Shown here piece by piece: positions 25,111 to 36,559 of a DNA stretch of 64,000 nt; position 1 is the stretch's first letter; every line of letters begins with the position of its first letter. A program made the position numbers and the translations under genes. The DNA is taken from assembly GCA_030704615.1 (NCBI GenBank), contig CM060731.1, forward strand, positions 26,288,001 through 26,352,000, in the 5' to 3' direction. This stretch comes from Takakia lepidozioides. Lineage: Eukaryota > Plantae > Bryophyta. The notes beneath the pieces were generated by a model. It had not been told where the DNA came from and searched no databases. It worked only from the letters and a program-made list of their open reading frames with translations.

Positions 25111-28100
25111 TTACTCACATGAAAAGTCGTTGTCGACCTGCTTATCTTCGGGATCGTCATCATTTCGAATTTGAATCCGATCAGTCTGTGTGCCTGAAGT
25201 GGAGCCAGACAAAAGGGGGAGGAGCACTGTGTTGTAGAGGTCAGAATCACCCTCCATGCCAAAAAGGCTTCTTCCGCCTGCCTTGCATGCATGGTAAGTT
25301 GCTCCTGCACCAGACAGGAGAACATGAACAGTTTGGAGGGGGGGATTTAAGCAGATGAAACTGTTGAAAGAAAACCAATTCGGAAGGGAAAAAACGAACC
25401 TGTGGACACAGAAAGATCGACCACCCGTGCAGAGCGGGGCTGCATGACTCCAGCAGTATTTGCATGAACGCTGGGGACTTTTCCTTTGCACCTCTCCAGG
25501 GAGTGCCATCTGGTCTCTTCAGAGTCTGACTGGACTGCATGAAGTTGTACAAAATGTCATCGACATGGGGCTCATAGGGGGGTTGACGAAACAACCCTGG
25601 TCAGAAATCTCAAAGCTGCGGATGGAGGATGGTGTCTTTGAGGTGCGAATCCTCCGCAGGCAGATCGCCTCGAACATCCTCGTCTGCCAAAGATAGCAGG
25701 TTAGTGTGGTAAACACAATCTATAGTGGAAGTGTGTACATCGGCTATTCAGAACTCAGACACAAAAAAATCATGAATCGGTGATGATCGGTGTCGATCAT
25801 AACACATTCTACTAGAGTGGAGCTGCAGAGAAATTGAAACTCATGATCAAAGCACAAGCAGAAGGGAGACGGCATACCAGCTGACCAGGGAAACCCCCTT
25901 TCACAAGGTAGAGGCTGTTCACACAATTCCATGTGCGCAAAACTTCAAACCCTGAAGACTTGAGGTATGATGCCAATGCCCGACGACTATCATTGTCACA
26001 TGACTGAAAAAGCAGAAGTGTCCCTGCATCAGAGAGGAAGTTGTTACAGAACCCGAACACCCAACTCCAGTAGTTGTCCTCGAATTTGTTCCAGCCTGGC
26101 GTCTTGCCCTTTGGAAGAACTTCTGGCACAGCCTGGCCATCCGGGATGTCGAGAATGACAATGTCGGCCGCATAAGTTTTCTGCACACCGCACACGAAGG
26201 TGGGACCTGTGCTCACCTGCAACAGACATGTTTTTTATAAGAACGATGGCAAGAATGTTTTCAAAGAACGAGACTGAAATACTGCCAACGAAACTTTCAG
26301 AGAAAAAGGAAAGAAACTGGAATTCTCACCAGATTGAGGAATGAGATTATATTGTCCCAGGTAGGGGATGGCACCCCAGTGTATCCTCTCTTTCGACTCT
26401 GCATCATCGAAAGCCAACCCTCATTAACAATTTTCATCTCTCCTGCCGAATCAGAACGGAAGGGTGTGGCTTGGCATCGAACACGCACTGAAGAGTGCGG
26501 GTATATCTTCCAGCAGTAAAGTCCTGCCCACTCTCCATCTCCTTTCATTCTCCTTCCCCTTGTCCTTTTCCTTCTCTTTGGACTTGTCTTTGTCCTTTGG
26601 CTTTGCTGGTGAGATGGCTATGACATCAACAGCCTTGTCTTTTGGTTTGCGCCCGCCTTCTTTCCCTTCTGCGGCGTTCCCTGAGCATCAGGCTCCTTGG
26701 CAGCCAATGTTGCTATGTTTCGTTGGTACTCTTCGTCAGTCAAAGGCGCCAGCATCTCAGCGTTATTGTTCAAGTATTTCATATGTGTTCTTGAAAGGTC
26801 GTGTGCTCCGGTGGGCAGTCAAGGTACCACCCACAGTCTCTGAAGTGAGAAGGACTCCAGTCCTTCAATATCCCTGCAGTATACATGGTTGGATCGTTTG
26901 CAGGGTCCGACCACATGTCAAGATAGTCTGGAATTCCGCTCAGGTGATTTCCTTCCATAAGCACATATTTCGTGTACCTGAAAAAAGGAGATAAATCCCA
27001 ACCCACAAAAGCGCTCAGTGAGTAAGATGCAAGTAGAACAGAATGAAAAAACATAGATTGAAATGGCTCTGAGAACTGCTCCAAGGACCTTTCAGGACCA
27101 CACGACTGCTCCAGATGTGAATGTCGTCAACGCCATTCAAAACATTCCATTCAATGATACTGTAAATACACCCTAATCCAGGTGAATGCAAACTATCGTT
27201 TTGGAATGACACAGACATAGAAGTGAATGTCGTCAACGACATTCACTAATGAAGCCTAATTATTCCTCAAATGAAGCAAAATCACAGGATGGAAATCATA
27301 AACTCGAGTAAGGAACCCTCCAGGAAAACTCAATGCACATTCATAACGAACATATCACTGAGGACCTCACAACATCACTGTATGTGAATGGCGTCAACGC
27401 CATTCACAAAAAACCAAAAAAGAAACCAATTACTTAGCTCCCAATCCATGTAAATTCAAATTGTCGCTGTTGAATAATACAGACACAGAAGTGAATGTCG
27501 TCAACGACATTCACTTTGGATTTCTCATAACAGAGCTTATCAAGCCTCCAGATTCCTCGCAAGAGGCAAAAACAATGCAGAACAACTGAATGTCTGCATT
27601 GACATTCAGCAAAATGAAGTGAGGAACCCTCACTGTAACCTCTATGGACATTACAAAAATTTACATAACTCTGAGGACCTCTCAACAACTCCGTATGTGA
27701 ATGTCGTCAACGCCATTCAAGGACATTATCAATTCTAATCAGGGACACTATAATTACACCCTTAGATCCTAACCAGGTGAATTCATATACTCGCTTAAGA
27801 ATGACTCAGACAAAGAAGTGAATGTCGTCAACGACATTCAATCTGGATCTATGATTGCAATCCTTATGAAGCCACATTTTTTCCCAAAAAAAGTAGAGTT
27901 TCAAGTATGACATTGCACCTGTACACAACTCGCATCATGGCCCACTCTCCTCCAACCTGACTGTCAAAGTCGTTGGACCGTAAAATGTTACCATCTTTGG
28001 AGAACTCCCGGAAAAAACAGTATCTCCAGGTGAGACCTCTCCACTTCCTTATGTATGCCTCCAATGACATTTGGGGAGGGGAAACAATCGAAATGTTCAG

Positions 28101-30686
28101 GTCCTTCAAAGTCTGATCCAGCACAATGACGGCGCGCTTTTCGAGCTGCAAATAGTATATTTGTCAGAATTGCAAATAAGATACTCATCACATACTTGAA
28201 GAGAAGAAAACCATGTTTGAATACACACCTGACTCCAAAATGTAGCCTTGTGGAGCCAGTTATCAAACACCAAATCACTGATTCCTTCCACCTTTGTGCA
28301 GGCTGTATGGTGCTCTTTGGGAACTGATTCAAGTCCTTTACTGTTTGATCTGAGTTCCATATCTCCAGCCACCTTATTTTTGTTTGTGGGTCGACCATCG
28401 ATATGGCCAGCCGGTGCAATTTCTCCTGCTGCATCTCCGGATGCACATGCTTGTCATAGTGTGTTTTGATCTGCTGAAGGAACTCAGGACCAAGTCCAGG
28501 ATCTACTATTCTAAGCTGCTTTCCGAAGGCGGACATCAATTTGGTTCTTCGCATTTCAAACTCCTTCTTTATTGCAGCTTCCACACCCTTTGATGTCCTT
28601 AGTTCCTCTGGTGTAGTGCGGTAATATTCGGATTTTCCCTTCTCAGCTGCCTCTGCCAGTTCTTGCTGCATTGATTCAAGTAGTGATTAGCTCCGAAGGG
28701 ACTACAAACATGTATTCGAAAAGTAAACAGAGTACAGACTCGGGCTTACCGCATACATGTACTCCAGAAACGCCTCTCGTGTCAAAGAATACCAAGTGCC
28801 TGCAGCTCTTCCTGTTTCGCACTTCTTGATGATATTGGGTGGTAGTACTGTCCGAAAATCATCCAGCTTCATCAGACCAATCCTCTGAATTCGGAATAGT
28901 GTGTGAACCAAGCTTGTTGTCACATGCGATTTTCTCTGTCGATCTGCAAAAACATTGGAAACATTGCATTCCTTAACACTGTTTTTTGAGGATTAATAAG
29001 ACACTACAGAGGGAATGAAATCTCCTGGATGACTTACTTGTTCACGTCGTGCATAGCTGTAAGAAGCCTAGCGATGTCGTTTCCAGGATCCAAAACCATT
29101 GCCTCCACAGCAACATGCTTGTCTTTGTCTTTCGCATGGTGTTTCTGAATGTATCCCATCCATGCCAGCAATCGGTGGTTGCCGTCCCAGACGTAGAACA
29201 TGTGGTTGCAGAATTGCTGGGTGTTCTTTCCCATCATGAGGCCCAGCTCGAACTCCTCATTGGCATCTTTCCAGCACTCATCCCAGTTATCACTGATCTC
29301 TGGAGACACTAATGTGCTTTTCCCATTTATATCCGTCAGTGACACATAAAAAACTTGTGCACCAAGTCTATATCCAACAAAATCACTCTCCAATTTTGTT
29401 ATGTCATGGGAAAGAGGTGGACGCACAACAGGCATTGATATCATCCGGCACAGAGGGATGTCCAGACGCCCTCCAGATACGAGCATGTCCCTTATAACCT
29501 CCTGAGAGTTTACCTTCTGGAATGACATGAGTTCTTTCACCTTGTCAAGGTAGTGCACTTCAGATTCATCTGCTTCATCTGTATTCTCTGAGCTTTTTGC
29601 GGACTCGTCCCATCTCCAGATCCTTTCCCCTCTGATCCTGTAGGCTTCGACCTCACAGTTTTCTGCACGATGCCATTCAGTTCTGACTGAGTAATTTGCA
29701 AATAGTGAATGGCGGTAACGACCATCACTCTGTCTCAAAGAAACTCACTATGAATGGTGTGAAACAATTCAGCACAATCTACACAAGCAAAGCTGATACT
29801 GCCGTATTCAAAACAAAAGCGAGAGCGATAGCGAACGGCGTTAACGACAATCACAAAAGATAACGACCTGCCGGATCGGTGTTGTGTAATGACATCTATG
29901 TGCAAGTGATTGGCGGCAACGACATTCAGTATAGTTTAGGGCGGACAGTAAGTGCAGATTATTCAGATTGACTCCATTGTGATTACCGTCGCCAGCATGG
30001 GAAGAGGAAGGACTGCTTGAAAGGCAATCAGACAGACTGTATGAACAACGATGATTGACGGTATGCCGACCCTCACTCTCTCTTCAAACACATAGGTACA
30101 TAAATCTCATGAGGAGAATCGAATGGCGTTAACGACGCTCGCAATTCAGTAGTTCCTGCTAAAGAAGGGAAGAGGAAGGACTCCTTGAAAGGCAATCAGA
30201 CAGACTGTATGATCTGAACAACAGTGAATGACTGTACCGATAGTCACCCACTCATTGTGCGGTAAACCCTTAGCAGAGGAGTAGAAAGCAAATCACCTTT
30301 GTGATGGTCGGTAGCGACAATCCCTGTCTGGGACATTCCACTCAATCTCTACGCATATCTTCAACAATGAAATGTAAGTTAGATAAAACTTACTGGCGCC
30401 TTCTTAGGTTTTGAAATTGATCCCCTTCTGCAGCTTTCCTCTTCCCTCTCACATCTGCTGGAATTTCTGTCTGCTCTAGGGTTTCTGGACCTTCTCCCGT
30501 TCGGCGTTCCGCGTGCTTCCACCTCCTTCAGTGTCCCTGCGAATCATCTCTGCCTCCACAGGCTGGCGCACTCTTATCGCCGACTGTGTCACAGCCGCTG
30601 CCTCAGTCTCCGTCTGCTCTTGTGAATCAGTCTCCGCGTTCACTGCTGCTTGGCCCTGTGTTCTCCAACAAACGACGCCTCGTCAT
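25111..30686 (-). pseudogene. Multi-exon ParB/Srx-like domain plus beta-class amino-DNA-methyltransferase-like protein (frameshifted)
   Basis: ParB exon ~29640-29037: IPLCRM..VRPPL..DITKLESDF..FYVWDGNHRLLAW (DGNHR 29186-29172). MTase: DIVILDIPD (DIPD 26150-26139), FLSDAGTLLLF, PWRGAKEKSPAFMQILLE, VVDLSVST|GATYHACKAGGRSLFGMEGD (25424-25400 joined to 25304). GT-AG introns. The ATG at 30686 is tentative. Confidence 0.78.
27117..27840. repeat. Six copies of the 24-bp palindrome GTGAATGTCGT-CA-ACGACATTCAC in a higher-order intronic repeat
   Basis: Copies at 27117, 27223, 27384, 27491, 27697 and 27818; seven copies in element copy 2 (51534-52308). Confidence 0.92.
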
Positions 30687-31542
30687 TTGCTCTCTTGCTC
30701 TGCGTCTCTCTCTAAGGGAAGTAAAATAAAGAGACTTTCTTCTCTTTCGTATTGTAGAAGGAACCCTCTCCAGCTTGACTACCACTCTCCCTCTAAGCGC
30801 GAAAAGTAGAAAAACGCAGTGACTCCCGATTTCTTGCGGGATTGCCTGCGTTCTTGCGTGTCTCTAGAAGCATCGGATTCCCTCTCGCGTGACCGTTACA
30901 CATAGTCGTTCCCTTATTAGTGCACATGCCAGCAATTGGTGTACAGCTGTTCGTATTCAGTTATGGATGTCTGACGTGTGTCGCCCAAAAAAAAACGGCG
31001 TGTTCTTTATTAGAACGGTTTCAATATTTAAAAATAACAGCGAATCCCAGAAATCTTGGCGCACAGTCTTACACAAATAAATGTAAATGAACGAGAGTTT
31101 GATGACAAATTTGGAATATCATACACGGTCATCCTTGTTAGCCAAACCCCACATTCGTTTCACATTTGGAACTTTCCAGGTGCGCATGATCATTGGTAGT
31201 AGTATAAAGATACATTTACTTAATCTGCAATCCCATCCTCAGATCCTGTGGCATGCTTCCAGGAAGTCGGCTTTGTTTTTGGGTTTATTGATGAGGTTCT
31301 GGTTAACGGTTTAACAGCTGCCGACACTGCTCCTAGGGATACTCTGACCACTGGGCCCACAAGAAAAGTAATTAAAATGGACGGCTGCATATCTGGAAAG
31401 AATAACATAATATGCACAGTCGTTGTCTGAGCTTCCTCCGCCATATTCTCTGCTCATTCTTCAACTGTGTTCTGGAGACATCAGTAAACCGATTTACACT
31501 AGATCTGCGATAGCAAGGTACAAACGTACGCGAGGAAGGAAG

Positions 31543-34500
31543 ATGGCTTCCTCTGAAGCGGAGTTCTTCTCTGACGACAAACCAGTGCCGTTCTCCCAGG
31601 AAGTCCTTGACAATGGATTTGCAATTGTTCTGGAACATGTCTTGGCTACCCGTTTTCAGCTGCAGAATGGCTCCATCTTTTTGAGAAAGAGGTGTACGAT
31701 CTTAAAGGAAGTTGTTGAAATACTCTTTCCAAAACCGTGATGAGACGGCTCATATCAGCCAGTGGAGAGTGCGTCCTGGTCGATACAGAGTACTTGGAGA
31801 GCCTCGGCGAAAGTCCCTTGGGTCATATGTGACGCCCGGGACTGCTGCTTCGGTCGTTGAAGACAAGAGGGAGGTGGTGGTGAAAAAAGAACAGACGTCC
31901 TCCACTCCAATCGTTGAGCTTTCGGATTCTTCCGATGATGACATAAGTGAAATTCCAAATCCAGTCCTTCCTACTGTGGTTGGAGAAGCTGATGAAGAAG
32001 AGATTTGTAGTGTCATTCCAAAATTGCGGGCGATGGGAGGAATGGCTGGATTCAAAAGTGAGTTGCGGGGAATTGATTGGGAATCTTTGAAGCAGGTGCC
32101 TGTGAAGTTCTTGCCGAGACTTTTGATGGCGATATCCTATTCGAGCTGCCTCCTCCTCCGCGAGTTGGAGGTGTAACAATCATGATGCATGGAATGGACA
32201 AGAAACACGACGGGCACCCGTGGTGCAGAACAAAACATCCAATATTCAGAATGATGACAAGCTTGTTTTCAGGAGGACAGTTTGCAATGGACACCTTAGG
32301 TGTGATAATTTGAATTGCAGACACTTTCTTCAGTCTGGGGTTCATAATCAAAGCGAATGGGAGGGTCTGGCGGAAAATCCATTTCAGCCTGGGACTGCCC
32401 CTCCACCGGCAAACACTTTCGTCTGCAAATTCTGCAAACTTGTGCCATCCTGCTTGGCGCTCTGCGGAGCAAGAATGTACTATGTTGTCCACCGTTTGAA
32501 AACAATGACAAGAGCTTGTGTGCATTTCGGATTCCATAACCATCCTGTCTCGAAGGGGGATTACAGGGAGAGTGTTGAGACAGTATCGAGGTTGATTAAA
32601 CAGGAGTTCGGGAGAAACCCATCCGCAACAACATCTGCAATTGCTCTTGGCGCAAGCAAGTCCTTCTTGGAAAGCCATATTTTGAGTGAAGGGGATTCTG
32701 TGGGGACTAAACTTGACGGTGCAGCATTGGACCTGGTCATGGATCATTTCTCCACTTTAAGTTCACCTAACATTCGGCATCAGATCAATGCATTGAGAAT
32801 GGGCTCTGGGAGTCAGAGGCTACATAGACAATATTTTGGAATTGAAACGAGTGAGCAAGTACGATTACATCCAGGACAATGTATTCCCAGGTCAAGGTGC
32901 CATCAAAGTTTTTCTTTTTCAAAATGTCGACTGTTGGGGAGGGCAGTGGGGTTAGCCTCGTGAAGCGGATGCAGAAGACTGGGGACTTGCAGAACTGTTT
33001 TCTTATGTTTGATCATGTGAAACGAGTGAAGGATTGGACGACAATGGCTTGTCATGTCTACGATCCAGTGTACCAACGAGTTATGACAATTGCAGTTTGT
33101 GACATGCAATCCGAGGATACGGAATCCCAGAAGCTCATGTGGAATGCATCACTTGTGTATGTCATTGGGAGATCCGTTTCACTTCCCAGACAGTGGGGAG
33201 CAGCCATGACAATGGTACGAGGCTTCTATTTCATGCTTTATTCATACATTTGTTTTCCATATTTTTGACTCATTGCTTTCTTTATGTTGTTTCCTGTGCA
33301 CTGTTCTGAAGTGTGGTTATCCTCTTTGCAGAACATGTCCATTGAGGAAATGGCGGACATGCCATCTTGCAATTTGGCAGAAACTGTGCACAACGCATGG
33401 TTGCAGCAGTCTGGGAAACGAGGTCGGGATTTGTATGTGGCAACAACAGATGATTTGATACGTGCCTTGCAACAACAAACCTGATACCGTGATTTCTTAC
33501 GAGGTGGGGTTGGTGGCAAGGGTCCGGACAAATGGGAGTTGATGTTGCGTGCTGCAAACAGATATGGGGATCCAATCAAGATAGCACGGGCGGTGAGCAT
33601 GTATGCCCAGGGAACGCCCCTTGTTTCTAGAGTTCCACATCTTGAAGGGGAGGAGAGATTCGGCTCCTGTAAGAGGAAATTGAACACTCCACCTGGTTCG
33701 GATTCAGATTCCCACAGGGTAGACCGTGATAACTTCTCGAAGCCTCGTGTTCCCCTGCATGACAGCTCCATGTCCGGAACCTCCATTGTGGAGGAACCTC
33801 CAACACGACGGCAAGCTCCAGCATCAAACAGTGCCACTGAAATGGTGCAGGAGAGAAACAACCCCCTTGATGTGCTTGAGTCCGCATGCCCGACCACGTT
33901 TGGCACATAGAACGCACAAGTGTAGGGTCTCGTGTGAAATGTACAGCGATCAGGGCAACTAATTTCGAGAAGTGCACTTCATCTATATCCAGAGGTGGTG
34001 CCCGAACTCCTGCTCCGACTTTCACGGGCTTGATGCGTCCATACGGTCAACCAGAAGCCAAGAACCACAAGTTCTGGTTCTGCGCAGATGATTGTGCCAG
34101 ATGTGTGCATGGAACTGTGCGTCCTTCCGTAGTGATGAAGCCATCTCCTCCAACCGTTTGGCCCGTGAAGGTGGGAACACATCTCAGCTTTCAGGAGATT
34201 GAAATGCTGGAGGAGGCAGGTTTTTCCCTTGCGAGACAACCCCAACTCCATGCATGTGCTACTACTTCTGCGTCCTCCCGGGTCCCCCTGGCAAATCCTG
34301 ACTTGTGGCCAACCAAACGAGATGGAAAGCTCGTTCGGCGTTTCCCTCCAACCGCTGAACACTTTGGCAAAGTGGAGTCCGCAAGAATGCTCCAAGCTCG
34401 TGTTGGAAGCACCACGGAAATACCCGATCCAGGATATGGTCGGGTATTCACAATCATCACTTCCACATCTGTTGTTCATGACAGGACCTACGACATCACG

Positions 34501-34715
34501 GTTTCCAATTTCCCCAATTGCACATGTCCTGATTTTGTGAATATGCTATCAACCAGTTTGGGCAAGAGAGGTAAATTCATACCCTGCAAACATTTGTATT
34601 TCATATTTTGAGGAGGATGGTTTGCGATCCCAAACGTGACAACTTCATTCACCAGGTCACTATGAGTTTCAACGAGGTCGATACTCTTTTGCAGCGGGAT
34701 ACAACACATGGGTAG
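31543..34715 (+). pseudogene. MULE-C transposase (GCM-like, DDE, Cys-rich, SWIM); frameshifts and an internal deletion near 33150-33190
   Basis: DGHPWC..CNGHLRCDNLNC..CKFCK..C...C..HFGFHNHP; LMFDHVKRV; SCNLAETVH; CTCPDF..IPCKHLYFIF. The FMAD/CLFHW segment is absent here but present in copy 2 (49757-49945). Confidence 0.87.
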
Positions 34716-35348
34716 CATGAACTATGTAATGTGGTATGTGGATGACCATGATTTGAAATGTGTAATTCACATCAATTCGTCGGCTGTGCAATGATATGGC
34801 CTCCAACTATACGGAGTGAGCTCTGAGTGACAACTTTTAGGTAGTGCACATTTGTCATTGCACCGTTCGAAGTCTACATGTCTTGCTGTCGCTATGCACT
34901 ACAATCATCTTTTGAAGATGATCCTAACTCTCATTGTTATTTGAGGAGGGAAGAAGGTCTTCCCGTGGCAGCCTTTATGGCGCACACTTTGTGAGGATAT
35001 TTTGTCGTCCTCGTAATTGTAAAAGTGAAACAAGCATTTGTAATTGCACAATGTTGGATGCTGCAATTGTAGGCCTCAACGCTCGTCTTGATTCTATTTA
35101 GGCAAGATTCCCTGCATTAATTCCACGGTTATAGGCGGCGCATGTTAATGCCGACGTGGCAGATGACGGACAGTGCCATGTCATCATTTACCGCCACATC
35201 AGCATGCTGACATGACGCTCACGCCACGTCAGCGTGTGTGCAGGCTCACGCCACGTCAGCTGGCGTGAGCGTACACTCACGCCATGTCACTCCTGCGTGA
35301 GCGTACGCTCGCGCGCTCACGCGCAACGCTCACGCCATTGCGTCGTTG

Positions 35349-36559
35349 AGCATCATGCACTCTCTTAAGAATGTTTTCTTTACAACCGTCTAGCAATTCC
35401 AAGAACCTCTGAAAGAATCGTTTGGACAATCTTTCCTTCTCAGTTTCACAAGGAATTTGATTCACATCAAATTCTTTAATTCTCCAACCACCATGATCCC
35501 ACCAGATGCCTGTCACATCTGGTTGTTCATGACCCAGTTCCCCAGTATGGTCGCCAAATGTCGCGCGGCTTTTACTCACCCATCCCTTCGCTATCCGAGG
35601 CGGGAACTCCAAGATAGAAGAGTTGGAAATCTCTAAGCACTCAGCCCGCTCAGAACAATCAGTCATGACCTACAGCTAGTGTATCATGGGGGTATTTCCT
35701 ATTTGTTTTCCATCCCGCATGCATGTTAGCTAGTTACCTTACTGTTGGTATTTAAGTATCAGTTTGCTTCAGCAATCTATCGGATTCCATCAACTCATCC
35801 ATTCATTCCAGAGCTTCACTCAGATCTCTCTACACAGTGTGAGTATGAAGTATGTATCAGATTAATATCTATCAAGTATCAGGCTGAAGCCATAGAGTCT
35901 CTAATCTGCTCTACATTACAACTCTACTGCTTGCATTCATCAAGCATCAACAGATCGTTGTCCTCCTTCTTCATGCTCTCCCTCTTTCTGCTCAGAGATG
36001 CGCTCTCCGCTTCATTTCCCCCCCAATGATGTCCGAAGTCCCCCAAGAAGTGATCATTTTCCAGTCCTCGCTCCTGGCTTTATCTTCCTACCCGTTGTTC
36101 TAACCGTTTCCCTCACTAACTGTCATCCGTGAACTAACATGTTCCATTCGCAGATGTTGTTCCCCACAGTCGTTCCCTGTCTTGCTATCCGTTCCCTATG
36201 GTCGTGACAGATGTGTCAAGCTGTGTCTGGCTGTGTGAAACTGTGACTGGCTGTGCGACTGTGTTGGGCTGTGTCGGGCTGTGTCGAGCTGTGACTGGCT
36301 GTGACGGGCTGTGTTGGCTGTGACAGCTGTGTCGGCTGTGTCGGACTGTGACGGGCCGTGTTGGCTGTGACGGCTGTGTCGGACTATGACGGGCTGTGTT
36401 GGACTGTGACGGGCTGTGTCGGCTGTGACGGGCTGTGTATCCCCCCCTAAAGTGCGCTGCTGTCACCCCTAAGGCTCCTGTTGGTCTCCATATGTACAAA
36501 AATTAAGGGTACCCCACAGATCCCGTAAAAGTGCCTAAGTCCCAGACAGTCCTCTAACA
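35349..36559 (-). mobile_element. Gy-B 5' LTR (~35680-36559) plus probable degenerate gag start
   Basis: TGTTAG...ATACA ends on the - strand; matches 10284-10424; GGCTGTG 10-bp tandem at 36220-36440; inserted into Gy-A gag at 36559/36560. Confidence 0.7.

Larger units (their letters stand above)
24088..35348 (+). mobile_element. Mutator-like element MULE-C, copy 1, both ends present, two divergent genes
   Basis: Left end GGGATGCC with GTGAGC/CCACGTCA repeats. Right end ...CATTGCGTCGTTG is the shared boundary with copy 2 (47445). No TSD found; the two flanks belong to different retroelements. Confidence 0.8.

Noticed and set aside
27117-27840. CRISPR-like appearance of regularly spaced palindromes (also 14722-15185)
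   Set aside because: Spacers are long or mutually homologous, there are no cas genes, and the context is a eukaryotic intron or TE.
25111-30686. Bacterial or phage contamination as the source of the ParB-MTase
   Set aside because: The gene has multiple GT-AG introns, lies within plant transposons and occurs as three copies or paralogues.
31543-34715. Assignment to Zisupton/KDZ because of SWIM and Cys clusters
   Set aside because: The D...D, CxxH and N..E..H motif spacing fits the Mutator superfamily; KDZ-type motifs were not seen.
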